DNA of 58,928 bases, the filler included, from Squatina squatina (taxonomy: Eukaryota): NCBI GenBank assembly GCA_031763465.1. It is 3 parts of 3 records of this genome, joined end to end, with 100 filler letters (N's around TTAATTAATTAA, not from the genome) between each part and the next. Parts side by side here need not be neighbours in the genome. Positions count along the whole stretch, not along the records: positions 1 to 16,413 come from JARFOE010000189.1; 2 more parts are not named here. One strand, 5' to 3'. A model generated the notes under the pieces. The model was not told the origin of the DNA. It ran no database searches and saw nothing but the letters and a program-made list of their open reading frames with translations. The position numbers were made by a program, and so were the translations under genes. Positions 1 through 13,067 of this stretch are shown here, piece by piece; position 1 is the first letter of the stretch; every line of letters begins with the position of its first letter.

Positions 1-62
1 ATGGCCAGACAGACTGTTGTCTCTGACACAGAAGCCAGTAACGTTGAGTCGCCTATGATCAG
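1..62 (+). CDS. WDR11: WDR11 internal exon (5'-truncated by window edge)
   Basis: Reads MARQTVVSDTEASNVESPMI(S), matching recalled vertebrate WDR11 MARQTVVSDTELSIVESSVIS; donor AG|GTGACT at 62/63, phase 2, compatible with the next exon. Confidence 0.9.
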
Positions 63-520
63 GTGACTTAGAAAGGATTGCTGGGTACTGCCGACGTTAA
101 TAGGTTTGATTTTTGCAAGGCACTGATGGCATGAGGTAGTGGGTAGCCGGCAGGGGCCAGAAAATGAGGCTGCATTACCAGCATACATGATCCTACTATA
201 CCAGTACGTCTAATACTGATGATCCCACCATAACAAGAGTCCTCTCTTTACAATGAGTTTATTTGCCAGCTGTTCTAGTTCCAGAGTGACCTCTTGCTAA
301 GTGAGAAACGAAGGAAGAAACCATTAGTTTTGCTTCTCTCTGATTCTAGTTCACCACTTCTGCTATATTTGGTACTAGGAACGATGGTGCCATAGTGTGC
401 CTTTTTTAAGTGATTTGGCTTTTTAGTCAATTAACTTCATGCATGAATTATTATGATTGTCAAGAAAGGTTACAATGTATTGATTGTGAATGCAATAAAT
501 CTGATATTTTAATTCTCCAG

Positions 521-668
521 TTTGCTGCAGGAGGCAGAAAGTAAAGCTGAAATTAGCCATAACATTTCTGCACGTGAACACTTTATATTTACTGACAATG
601 ATGGACAGGTCTTCCACCTCACTGTAGAAGGAAACTTGGTGAAGGATGGGGCTCGAATTCCTCCAGAT
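521..668 (+). CDS. WDR11: WDR11 internal exon
   Basis: ttctccag acceptor; LLQEAESKAEISHNISAREHFIFTDNDGQVFHLTVEGNLVKDGARIPPD; GTAAGT donor at 669. Confidence 0.95.
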
Positions 669-3600
669 GTAAGTACAATTAAGGGTCATTCTCGCTGTGA
701 AGTAATGGGTTTGTTTTGCATACTGGCTGAAGTGCCGTCAAATTGCACGACCTACCAAATGACCCACCAGTAGAAATTACAATTAACCATCTGGTGCAAG
801 AAGAGCAGATGCAAAATTCTGTGCTGTTACTAATAGTGCCTAGATATTTTGAGTTTGTCACAGATTTTAATTTACAATTTTCAATATTTGCAATCAATGA
901 ACAGCATTAGGTGAACTTAGATGTTTATTTTTTATATTTGAAACAAAAGGAATATAAAGATACGAGACTGGGTTAATATTCTCAAATGCGAGTTGCATTT
1001 AGGAATAAGGGATTATTTATGTAGATCCTTCATCCGAAGATTATAGAGTAGGCTGTACATAGTGTGCGAAAAGACACAGCTTGATTGACCAAATGACCTA
1101 TTTCTGCGTTGTAAGAACATTAGAGTCGTAGAGTCAATACANNNNNNNNNNNNNNNNNNNNNNNNNNNNNNNNNNNNNNNNNNNNNNNNNNNNNNNNNNN
1201 NNNNNNNNNNNNNNNNNNNNNNNNNNNNNNNNNNNNNNNNNNNNNNNNNNNNNNNNNNNNNNNNNNNNNNNNNNNNNNNNNNNNNNNNNNNNNNNNNNNN
1301 NNNNNNNNNNNNNNNNNNNNNNNNNNNNNNNNNNNNNNNNNNNNNNNNNNNNNNNNNNNNNNNNNNNNNNNNNNNNNNNNNNNNNNNNNNNNNNNNNNNN
1401 NNNNNNNNNNNNNNNNNNNNNNNNNNNNNNNNNNNNNNNNNNNNNNNNNNNNNNNNNNNNNNNNNNNNNNNNNNNNNNNNNNNNNNNNNNNNNNNNNNNN
1501 NNNNNNNNNNNNNNNNNNNNNNNNNNNNNNNNNNNNNNNNNNNNNNNNNNNNNNNNNNNNNNNNNNNNNNNNNNNNNNNNNNNNNNNNNNNNNNNNNNNN
1601 NNNNNNNNNNNNNNNNNNNNNNNNNNNNNNNNNNNNNNNNNNNNNNNNNNNNNNNNNNNNNNNNNNNNNNNNNNNNNNNNNNNNNNNNNNNNNNNNNNNN
1701 NNNNNNNNNNNNNNNNNNNNNNNNNNNNNNNNNNNNNNNNNNNNNNNNNNNNNNNNNNNNNNNNNNNNNNNNNNNNNNNNNNNNNNNNNNNNNNNNNNNN
1801 NNNNNNNNNNNNNNNNNNNNNNNNNNNNNNNNNNNNNNNNNNNNNNNNNNNNNNNNNNNNNNNNNNNNNNNNNNNNNNNNNNNNNNNNNNNNNNNNNNNN
1901 NNNNNNNNNNNNNNNNNNNNNNNNNNNNNNNNNNNNNNNNNNNNNNNNNNNNNNNNNNNNNNNNNNNNNNNNNNNNNNNNNNCTTGACCTGGTGGCTGTT
2001 GTTAGCACAGAGACTTGGGAGAAATTGTTCTGTGAACCAGTTACTGCTTCAGCAGATTCCTGGGCTGAAGTCTATTCCATATCCGTTTTTGTAAATACAG
2101 CTCACATACAGAAATAGAATATAGAGCAGGCTGCATGGAGCAGAAACATCCAAACTACAGCCCAGAGTCTGGGTGACTCACTGTCCTGCTGTTCCCAGGC
2201 TTTTGATGCTGCGGGGGTTCGCCTGTTGGAACTTTGATGGTTGGACAGTTTGGCCCTCCGTCGCACTCCCTCATTGGTGGAATTGAAGTTAGGCCACCAA
2301 ATGACAAAGCACCAACAAGAACCAACTTTTCCAAACCACCCGGCCCACAAAATTCAAATAGGCAAACCCAGTGGCATAAAAATATAATTAGAAATAGAAA
2401 TGGAATGGACTGCAGGAGGCTGAGTCACTAGGGCTTTGCAGGGCCAGTGCTCACGGCACTGACTTATGAAAGAAATCCATCAGATCACTGCTTCCTGCTA
2501 AGTGCCTTAATTTTCGTGATAATTCCGCGTGCACGTACAGCCAATCACAGGTTTTTTTTTGGAGGTAGGGATTATTTGATTTTAATTTCTTTTTTGCTCT
2601 ACTGGTTTGCCACACTCAGAAGTATAGTTCAATAATGATTTTGCTGCAAATAGTTGTATCTTTATAGGCTGGATAACTGTGAAATGCTGGTCCATTCCTA
2701 GACTGTATGGCTATAAAGTGCTTCAGCATTTGTATGGTGCTATCCTATACAGTGTTGCTGTGGTTACCAATTGCTTTTCAGGCTGAAATGCTTCATTTTC
2801 TGTTTAGCTTCCTGTTTCTTTACAGTATAATTAATTGTAAAGCATCGGCAACTTCCCAGGATGTTTTTAATTAATTATTGTTGCATTTGTAGGTGCCTCC
2901 CTGTACAGGAGCTGATATGCTTACACTTTGCTTTTTGACATGCAACACTTGTGTTTATGTATAAGGAATGTTTCTTAAATGACAGATTCTTCACTGTAGA
3001 GCGCGTACTGCATTCATTTTAATGAGGTTCTGCACTTACAGGTGCAATGTACAGCAATTTTTTCAGATGTTGATGTTTGAGACCCATGTGAATTTATGAC
3101 AACAGTGCTTTCTTCAGTTTCGCTTGCAGTNNNNNNNNNNATAGGAGCACCGTGAGAATATTACATTCCCTTTAATTGCGAACATCACTAAATATTACTG
3201 ATGTGCTTCACCCTGTTTTTTTTAATGGGGCTGTCTAATACTGTCAGCCCAACTGTACCTTAAATGTGACTTGCTGCAGGATTCATTAACTCTTGCTGAT
3301 GGTTATTATAGGGGTGGGCTCTGTTTTTATATCTCTGCTCTGTATTCTCTGATTGATGGCGAAAATGTCAACATGCTAAGCAATGTTTCATCCAAAATAG
3401 CTTTTCCCTAGACAATAAATGGGAAGCTGCTGAGTTAAATTTTAAAAAGTCAATGGATGAATCACTAACTGTTGTACCATTAAAGCAGTCTGAGAGAAGA
3501 CCTGGGTATCCATGAACATAGCTTTGGTGAAAGTCCAAATTATCTTGTTGAGAAGTGCAAGGTAGCAGACCCTGTCAAAAGGCCTTTGACATGCCCAGGG

Positions 3601-4055
3601 CAATAAGAAATCACCACCAAATTGCTCAACAGCAGAGGCCTTTGCATGAGCAAGAAGATCCTCAGTGGAAGCATAATTGTGGATTAGACTAGAATAAAAG
3701 TCCCTGTCCAGATAATGAGAAATGATCTTATATGTGTGAAACAAATAGAACCTTTCAGTCCCAAAATGTTCTTTGTTATTTTTAAAATATATTGATTATA
3801 TATGCTTCAATAACACTGTCTTTAAGCTAAAATCACAAAGGACATAAATGTTATGGTTGTAGTCTCAGGTGTATGAAGATTGATTTCTACTGAAATGATT
3901 CAGGGTTCTATAAATTACATAATCAAGCAGAAATCATCAACTAATCTTCCATCTACAGTGTGTATGTACCAGAATGCAGTTTGCTGCTGTTGTACAATTT
4001 TGTTACTCTACTTAAACATTCAATCTGTTGACATAGCTCTCAAAACTAATTGCAG

Positions 4056-4162
4056 GGAAGCATGGGCAGCATTACATGCATTGCATGGAAAGCAGACATC
4101 CTGGTACTCGGAGACGTTGATGGGAATGTGAACTTCTGGGATTTAAAAGCTAGACTTTCACG
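4056..4162 (+). CDS. WDR11: WDR11 internal exon
   Basis: tgcag acceptor; GSMGSITCIAWKADILVLGDVDGNVNFWDLKARLS(R), a WD repeat; GTGAGA donor at 4163; phases fit both neighbours. Confidence 0.95.
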
Positions 4163-4446
4163 GTGAGAGATATTAGAAGTTCTGGAATGTTGCATCTAGT
4201 AGTCAAATGTTTGACTGTCCGAAGGCAGTGTGATGTTTTAGCATTTTGGACTCCCGGTGTTTGCCATCCTGATGCGGGTTCGGGTTTGGGGTCCACGCTA
4301 CTTGGTTGTCAGTTTCAGTTGATTCATTGTTTTATCTGTTTGATTTTTTTTGTTGAAAAAAAGCTGATGTTGAGGCTCATTATTAAAATTCTTGCTTTGC
4401 ATGAGAGTTTGATGGGATTTATTTTGTTGCTCTATTTGTTTAATAG

Positions 4447-4561
4447 AGGAATTCCTACTCACCGTGGTTGGGTAAAGAAGATTCGCTTTGCTCCTGGAAA
4501 GGGAAATCTGAAGCTGTTGGTGATGTTTAATGATGGGGCTGAAGTCTGGGATACCACGGAG
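4447..4561 (+). CDS. WDR11: WDR11 internal exon
   Basis: aatag acceptor; GIPTHRGWVKKIRFAPGKGNLKLLVMFNDGAEVWDTTE; GT donor at 4562. Confidence 0.95.
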
Positions 4562-4838
4562 GTAGTAAATATGTAATTTAATCTTCCCTTGTTCCTCTTT
4601 CCTTTGAAAGTATTTCTTAGGATTTAAACTNNNNNNNNNNNNNNNNNNNNNNNNNNNNNNNNNNNNNNNNNNNNNNNNNNNNNNNNNNNNNNNNNNNNNN
4701 NNNNATTTATTATTGTCACATTATCCCATAATATGCATTTGATCAAAAATACAAACTATTGAAATAAATTTAGTGAAGTGGCTTCAACTGCATTTAAAAA
4801 AAAATAGAATTAATCAGTTTAGAATATTCTGTTTCAAG

Positions 4839-5010
4839 ATTCAGATGGTAAGCAGCATGAGGACTGGTCGGAATGTCAACTACAAGGTTCTTGATATAGA
4901 TTGGTGCAGTTCTGATAAAGTGGTTCTAGCTTCAGACGATGGCTGTATCCGGGTCCTGGAGATGGCAATGAAATCGGCAAGTTACAGAGTAGATGAGCAG
5001 AACTTAACGG
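4839..5010 (+). CDS. WDR11: WDR11 internal exon
   Basis: IQMVSSMRTGRNVNYKVLDIDWCSSDKVVLASDDGCIRVLEMAMKSASYRVDEQNLT; AG acceptor at 4837-4838, GTGAG donor at 5011. Confidence 0.95.
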
Positions 5011-5567
5011 GTGAGAATACACATCTAAGTGTAAAAGCTTGGTATGACTGAATATGTGTGCTGTATAACTTCCGTAAGAATTGCTCAAATGCTGCTGAGA
5101 TCATTTTTGGCATGTGTTGTTTAAATATATATGAATAGGAATGTAAATCCAGACTGGGTAGAATGAGAGACTGGGGAATTGACAGTTTTGCAAATTTTAA
5201 AAAAAAATCAAAAATAAACTTCCCTTACTCCCCTCACTGTATCTTCAGGTGGCCTTTCAGGGTACAAAATGCATTAAAAANNNNNNNNNNNNNNNNNNNN
5301 NNNNNNNNNNNNNNNNNNNNNNNNNNNNNNNNNNNNNNNNNNNNNNNNNNNNNNNNNNNNNNNNNNNNNNNNNNNNNNNNATAAAATAATTTGTTTAACA
5401 ACCATTTTGTTTCCTTTACCTAAATAATAATCCAGACATATCCTGTTTTGAGAATATTCTGCGTCTTAAAGTTTTTTGTCAAGCAATGTCAGATGAACTT
5501 GAAAAGTGGCTTTACTGTGATCAATGTTCATCTTTCTGCAAGTTAAAAAAAATTATTTTATTGATAG

Positions 5568-5663
5568 AGATCACAGATTGAGCGAGTTAACCTGCAAGAG
5601 GCAAAAAGAACAACATATGATCACACAAGGAAATGTGCAGACCAGTTACTCTTATTAGGCCAG
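5568..5663 (+). CDS. WDR11: WDR11 internal exon
   Basis: RSQIERVNLQEAKRTTYDHTRKCADQLLLLGQ (cf. human KFQLERVNLQEVKRSTYDHTRKCTDQLLLLGQ); GTAAG donor at 5664. Confidence 0.93.
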
Positions 5664-7575
5664 GTAAGAAATCCACATGCTCCTTGACCATCAACACTGC
5701 AATGTACGTTTAATCTTTGTAATAAGCTGCTAAATGCCTAACTTCTGTTTACAAGTCACAATATTAATGTATAAATTACAGGAATTAAGTTTGTAAAGAG
5801 AATCGGAATAAAATATGTTAGAATTTGTTCTTAACTTGTGTGTTATGCAATACTGGGAGAACCTCTTGGTGTTGCTGACAATCGCTTGGAGGACAGTTTT
5901 ATCACTGATGGTGTGTTCTCAACAAAGTATGGCAGAAACTAAGTGTGACACATACAGTAGATGTGCAATGTTAGCAAGACTTTTAATACATAGATGTACA
6001 TGAGTCAAAGAGCTGTGAAACTCTAATCGGTGCTTAAAATGTTCAAGTCTTCAATATGTATTTTCTTTACTATAGTTGCCTGATTAGAAATTTGTGTTGG
6101 TGGGAGGGGTGAGATGGATGTAAAAACCAACAGAAATACTGTTGGCAAAACGAGCTCTGTGCTCAAACTGCATCAAATGATACAGGCTTTAAAAATGTAC
6201 TATATTCAAAACGCTTCATTCATCCTTCCTTATTGGTTCTGTTAAGGTCAGCACATCTGGTATTCAGGTAGCTCCTCTACAGATACAGGAAATAGCTGTA
6301 TATGCTGTCAGTATGAATCTGAACATTGCTGTCAGTCATGGGCAATAATTTAATGTAGAAATTGCAGCTCATAAACAGTATAACCTGCAGTAATGGCTTT
6401 GTTATTGGAAGATGTNNNNNNNNNNNNNNNNNNNNNNNNNNNNNNNNNNNNNNNNNNNNNNNNNNNNNNNNNNNNNNNNNNNNNNNNNNNNNNNNNNNNN
6501 NNNNNNNNNNNNNNNCTATTCACAGTTTTCAAAGTCCCACTTTGGTCACCCAAGTGTCATTGACAGGCCAGCTTAAAGCCAAATGTTTCTAATTATTTAC
6601 TGATTTCAGCAGAAAAGTTATTTGGTATCTGTTTCAGTTACAAGTTCTAGTTGAAATCCAGTTACCAAGCAACAGAATAAAAGACCCTCTGTTAATCACA
6701 ACTTTATTTGCTCTTTTAATTAATTCATGGCATGTTGGCATGTTTTGGACTGTAGAATGCCTTGCATGTAATTGAGTACTGCAAAGCTTGTTACACACTC
6801 GTGGGAATCCGAAAAGTCAATCTTCTCAGACATTCATCTGGTTCAGATGGGAAGTCCACTTTTTCATTTTGAAACTTGTGCCAGGACTAGGAGAAATGTT
6901 ATTATAACTTTAAATGTATATTAACTAAGATTGTAAATTTGGGTAACACTGTCTAACAATATTTTGATCAGTTAGTCATCAGAAGTACCAAATGCCGTAA
7001 TTAATGGAGAATGTGGCTTGCATTTTAGGAACGTAGGAAAATCTAGTCCTGAACATGTCATATGGAAAGCAGCAACAGAATCTTGCCTATTTAGCAATAG
7101 TTCCTTGAAATTATGTATTTCAGATATTGGCATATGAGCTTGTTCATATGAAATTGCCTTTCTCCACTATTTCAGCCCATTTAAACATAAGTGGGTTGGC
7201 ACTTCCATATTATAGCAGATAAAGGAATTTCACATGAGAGCGTTAAACATTTGTCTGCTAGTGTTGGAGGAGTCAAATTTCAAGGCACAAGTATCGAGAG
7301 ATGCATTTGAGAATTCATGGCAGACTTTTGCAAATTGCAAATACTGATTTATGCATAACATAAGTAAACAAGTCTTCTGTGTAAGAATCATTTGAATTTC
7401 ATTCTCATCTGCCAAGTTTGCATATCTGGGTAAATTGTGGCACTCAAAAGGTCATGGATATTCCAGCGAGTACCCTGTTACCTCCTTGAATGTACTGTGA
7501 CTCATCTCATCCTGTTAATCAGATGTACATATCAGTAGAATATATTTATTGTCTTTTGAATTTTTTTTACTAAAG

Positions 7576-7721
7576 GTGCGTCTAAACTCACAGGAGTGTG
7601 CAGAAGTACTGAAACGCTGGGTAGATCATCTTTGTTCACCACAGGTGAACCAGAAGTCCAAAGCCATTCTAGTCCTCCTTTCATTGGGCTGTTTTAGCAA
7701 AGTTGCAGAAATGCTACACAG
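7576..7721 (+). CDS. WDR11: WDR11 internal exon near the C-terminus
   Basis: VRLNSQECAEVLKRWVDHLCSPQVNQKSKAILVLLSLGCFSKVAEMLH(S); T-rich acceptor; GTAAG donor at 7722. Confidence 0.95.
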
Positions 7722-10700
7722 GTAAGAAATGTGGCTTCCACTAAGACAAGATGTATTTATATAGAATACTAGTTGATATGGGGAGCATTGCTCCTGAGCA
7801 AGATGGTTAGGTTTATAATAACAAAACTGAAGGTATAATTTAATAAATTCAGACAGAAATATTATTAATTGAAGCGAGGCACTGACTGATTTATAAAATG
7901 TATTCCACAAATAGATTTTTAAAGAATTTTGTGAGAAATTAATTATTGAATGCAGGCAGTAAGTTAACTAGTTATTAAGTACACCAAGTATGTTCATTAA
8001 TTACATTTAATGAGTTAAGCTCGATATAGTTATTACATCTGCACAGCTATAACACACAGAGCTCCAAAGAGTATGAATGTCAGTATCTTGGGCATCGTCC
8101 CAGAAGTGAGTCGCTTTGAAGTAAGACAAATATCCTTTGGTTGGAGCACATTTATGAAATTATAAAGCAGGTGCTTTACACAACTTTTTCTCAATGATCA
8201 CTTGGATTTTCCTATCAACTGTCGTCCAAGCAATTTATTTTCCTTCTCTTCTGTCACTGAAAGAATCACAAGGTACTAATTCTGGAACATGCTCTGAAAT
8301 GCAGTTTGAGGAAGAGCTGTATTTTGAGACATCCACCAAACGCTTTAATGAAATCACGAAGAATATCTTTTAGATCATAAATTGATTTTCAACGTGAGCA
8401 GATGGCTGTTAAAAAGCAGCAAGTGTCTAGAAATAACTAAAATGGAATCTTGCTCAGGAGAACATTAATGAATGTTTGTTTAATCAACACAGTCAAAGAC
8501 AGAACATCTGGATATCCATCTCATTATTATTTCTGGGTATTTGCCACACACAAAATAGCTGCCATGTATTCCTACAGAACAACAAATCAATTTAAGTGCT
8601 AAATAAATGCAATCTTTCTTTTCCCTTTTTCTTCATTCCTTCCTCCCTCCCATCCATTTTTATGATGACACAGCAGGAGGAAAATCTCCCCTCCCCTCTA
8701 GCGGGCCCGAAAAACTGACGGCTAAGCGTTTTAAAGTTTAATGAAGGCTTCCACAAAAGAGAATTTTAAAAATACAATTTCGATCCAGATAAACTTCAGA
8801 AGTAATTCCGCCATTGATTAATGCATCCTCTCTGTGAGGAATACACCAGAATCATCCGGGGAATCATTTCCTTTGAACAATTGCTCTGTAAACTTGCCCG
8901 CCCAAAAAATGTTTAATTGATCAAGAAAATATCCTACGTCGGCTAAAATTGCTGCTTTAAATTTTAATTTGCAGTCCTTCAAATTCCGATTGAGGACGCC
9001 CACAGCTAATACTTCACTGGTGGTCTCCACCATCTGTGCACTTATTCAGTAAAGAGCCACATGAAATCTCACCTATAAACTGCAAATGTTTCTGTAAAAT
9101 AGAAGGGACACTCAAACAGCATGACCTTTCAGCGCCCCCATTATATACCAGAAGGAATGTTTTTTTTAACCCATCTCTCGAGCGTTTTGTTCCACAATTC
9201 CTTCAATAAAATGCTCCAAATGTCGGCATAATATCTTGGTAGAGCTGAAAGTGTATTACATTGCTGCGCTATTCCAGCAATACTTCCGTCAAGGCAATCG
9301 GAAAAAGGTAACATTTGCAATGTTTTTAACCACCTTACTATCAGGGCTCCTGCAGGTTATATTTCATACCCATGAACGTCTATGGATGAATACCAATGCT
9401 GCATTCATTTAATCTGTTATATGGGTCTGTAGAGANNNNNNNNNNNNNNNNNNNNNNNNNNNNNNNNNNNNNNNNNNNNNNNNNNNNNNNNNNNNNNNNN
9501 NNNNNNNNNNNNNNNNNNNNNNNNNNNNNNNNNNNCTGGTGCGTATCATTTACCCACACGCAAAATACAAGCTGATCCAGTAAATACGTTATATTTAGTG
9601 TTTAACATTTCAGAAACACAGGGGTTTTTTTTTTTTGCAAACATACAATCACTCATGGTTGGACAATTTTCCTTAAATGGACATGGTGAAGGAGCTGCTG
9701 TGTTGGAGTATCAACAACTATTCTCCTTAAAACACACAATTGACTATTGTCACTTTCTTATTGCTTCTCAAAATGGTTTTACTGCAACATTTATAAAACT
9801 ATGATCAATGCTTGGTGATTTGTCAGTTTAATGGAAAGTAATTATTGTGGTCACTCCCAACCCTTTCCCTTGCCTTTGGCTGTTTTATGACCCAAATCTT
9901 TTAGCTGCTTATCCTTATGAATGGGTTTCAGATCTGCCCTTTCTCATTGGATCCTCGTGAGAAAATGAATATTAAATGTCGGGGAAAGGAAAAAATCTGA
10001 CATTGGCACCTTGGTATAAATGTGAAGTAGTTTTATTACACAAGTTGCACCAAACCCTTCCGCATCTCACGTGGACTGCTGGAGATATTTTACTATGTAG
10101 CAGCTGTGCNNNNNNNNNNNNNNNNNNNNNNNNNNNNNNNNNNNNNNNNNNNNNNNNNNNNNNNNNNNNNNNNNNNNNNNNNNNNNNNNNNNNNNNNNNN
10201 NNNNNNNNNTTAAAGCATGTTACAAAAAAATCAGTGGCCCTCATCCAAAATGAAATGTTATCAATTTCTTTCTAAATACATTGAGCACTTTGTTCCAGTG
10301 TTGCTGAAATATTTGAGATAAACTCAAAATGTGTGTTAAATATTGGTAATCTCTCACTGTGGTATGCACTCAAAACAAAAGCACAGGCTGTCAGTAACCA
10401 TTCCGCCCATCTCTTTTCAGAATGACTTTCAGCACTTTTCACAGTCATTGATTTCTCTACATTTTGCAACTGCACCTGAGCTGCTCTCTTTTGGAATCCA
10501 CTTTCTTCCCCTCCATTTAAGCTTTTGTTTACACAGTGTCGAGTATTTATTTGGCAAATGGCTGAGATTGCTTCCTTTCACAAAATCATGACTTTTAGAC
10601 CATTTGTAATTGGTATCCATGTATTCAAATCAAAAGCTGTTGACAGTAATGGAACTGTGTTGATAATGTGCAGGCCAGAACGCATAAAGATGTCATCAGT

Positions 10701-12856
10701 CTAGCATAAAAACATCTACTGACGACTGCTACTTGTATCATTGCAATTGTTATGTTCTATAATCATTGTTAATTATGGCATTGAATTCAATTTGCTCACC
10801 AATTAAAGGCTCTTTTTTTCTGATGGTAAATGCAATGTTTTAGTTCATCTCAATTAAAATTCCTAGGCAGCATTCTCAGAATTCACATTCACAAGATCTA
10901 TTGCATTCTGGAGCAGAAAAATACATTTTGTTAAGATTAGGGATAATAATAGTAATGCTTGCCTTTGATTGCAGTCTCATTGAATTTTGGTTGCCCGCTT
11001 CAAATTAAATGTTCTGTTTTGAATAGACATTCGCTCCTCATACCAATTTAAAGCAGGGTGTGGCCACTGATGGTTTTTATTCTGATTGTGATGTGCTTTT
11101 TCCTCCTATTAATGTTTTCTCCTCTCATTTCATGCACCATGCCCTGGTGGAAAGGTTTGGTAATTGCTCCTTGATAGATACCATGTGATAGCGAATGAGA
11201 GGGTATGTCACAGTGATCCAAGCAAATCCCATTCTAAGTTTTCCACCTTCATTAGGGCAATCAGTTATCTTCTTGATGGTACAACTGAGATCCCTCAGGG
11301 ACATCCCTACGAAGCACCTTGGGATGTTTTATTACTTTAAAGGCACCATATAAATGCAAATAGTTGTTCTTCAGCCCTGAGCTGAGCTCCTAACTCCATA
11401 TCCTCTCCATCGCTAAGACTGTTTGGGTTCACCTCTATCATTGCCAGCCTCCACCTCTTCCTCAGTTCATTTGCAGGTGCCCATGCATCTCTCTCTCCTC
11501 CTTAAAACCTACTTCTTTGACCAAACCTTTGATCATTGCCCCCCTACTGTCCTTTGGTTATGCATCCATTTTATTTCCTTACTGTGAAGCACCTTGGTTG
11601 TTTTTCTGCATTCAGGGTGCTCTATGTGTTTAGTGTTAGTGTTAGGTATTAGTGACGACTTGAGTTCAGTTGGTGCCTGAAGTGGGATAAGGTTCTGCTC
11701 GTCCTCAACATCTGTAGCTTTCAGGAACATAAGAAAAAACACTTAACAGAAATTAAAGTTAAATAGGCTGGTTAATTTTGAGCTGTTTATTGTATCTTGT
11801 TTTAATACTCATATTTTGTGATGTACGAAATAGGTCTTGTCGCATTTCTACATCGCGGATCAGGATTCTTCACAAAAAGGACTTGGGCATAAGCTATAAT
11901 AAGATGTGTTTTTTGAGCAAGAGGTTTCGTAAAAGGTTCCCAAGCCAATGATGAGATGTGGAAAATGAGGCCAGCATATACTCTAATGTTTGTAACACGC
12001 AAGCTGCATTCATATGACGTTCCTCTGTCTGACATTTTAGCAGAAGCTTCAACCCAGTTAAAATAACAGATTAATGCCTCCATTAAAATGGCGGATAGAG
12101 GAACGTCATTCAAATGTGTTAAGATTTCATATGTTAGTATTGCAAATATTAATATTAAATTTTTTTCATGTATTTTGGTTGCACATGTTCAAAAGAAAAA
12201 AAATAGCTATTTGATATAATCCTACCTGTCTTAGAATTCACGGGCTTCTTCCTGTGTGATGGCTGTTTTGTTGATAGAAGTTAATAGTGACATGTTGAAT
12301 AGATCTTAATAGTGTAAACACTAACATTATTAATGTAAAAATAGCTAGACCACGTAGGTGGCAAGGAAGAGAAGGGCAACATAATATGTGTTTTATTTGC
12401 ACAGTAATTAAGTGGCATTTAGATCTCATTATGTTGGGAGTTGCCTCAAATCTGGGAAAATGACACAGATTTTCCAATTATTGGATACAGGGGGAATAAC
12501 CCATAGGATCATTCCCAAAATGCAGCCTTCGAATCCAGTTTCACAAAGGGCCACTTTTTCATTAAACGTAAGCAGAACAGTAAGTTATAATTAAAGAAAG
12601 CAAAACACAGTTTCAAGTTGCATGTGTGGTGGGTACCACCTTGATTAAAAAAACCAAGTGCCTTGAAGGAAAAATGAGAATCATATGTAAGCATTCACAT
12701 CTACTTATAAAAATACATGAAACAGATCAAAAAATATACCCTGCCTTCTCCAATTCTGCTCAATAAGTCCTAAAATAGTTATACTTACACATTCGTGTTT
12801 CTGCTTGTGTGTCCGTAATTATACATGTGCATATTCGTGCTTGTATTTGCAGGCTT

Positions 12857-13067
12857 ACATAGAAACATAGAAGATAGGAGCAGCAGTAGGCCATTCGGCC
12901 CTTCGAGCCTGCTCCACCGTTCAATGAGATCATGGCTGATCATCCAAATTCAGTACCCTGTCCCTGCTTTCTCCCCGTGCCCCTTGATCACTTTAGCCAT
13001 AAGAACTATATCTAACTCCTTCTTGAATATATTTAATGATTTGGCCTCAACTGCCTTCTGTGGTAGA
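12857..13067 (-). mobile_element. CR1-like LINE 3' end
   Basis: acatagaaacatagaa tail plus ggccattcggcccttcgagcctgctcc 3'UTR motif, then the antisense ORF2 C-terminus (cf. LPQKAVEAKSLNIFKKELD); runs into a gap. Confidence 0.8.

Noticed and set aside
1013-2008. Long ORFs in the supplied track (also 42627-43667 and 52096-52864)
   Set aside because: They consist almost entirely of N-gap codons
8818-9033. Minus-strand ORF with SPDDSGVF, superficially like the FGFR2 C-terminal GDDSVF
   Set aside because: Flanking residues do not match FGFR2, there is no suitable splice acceptor, and it lies in repeat-like sequence
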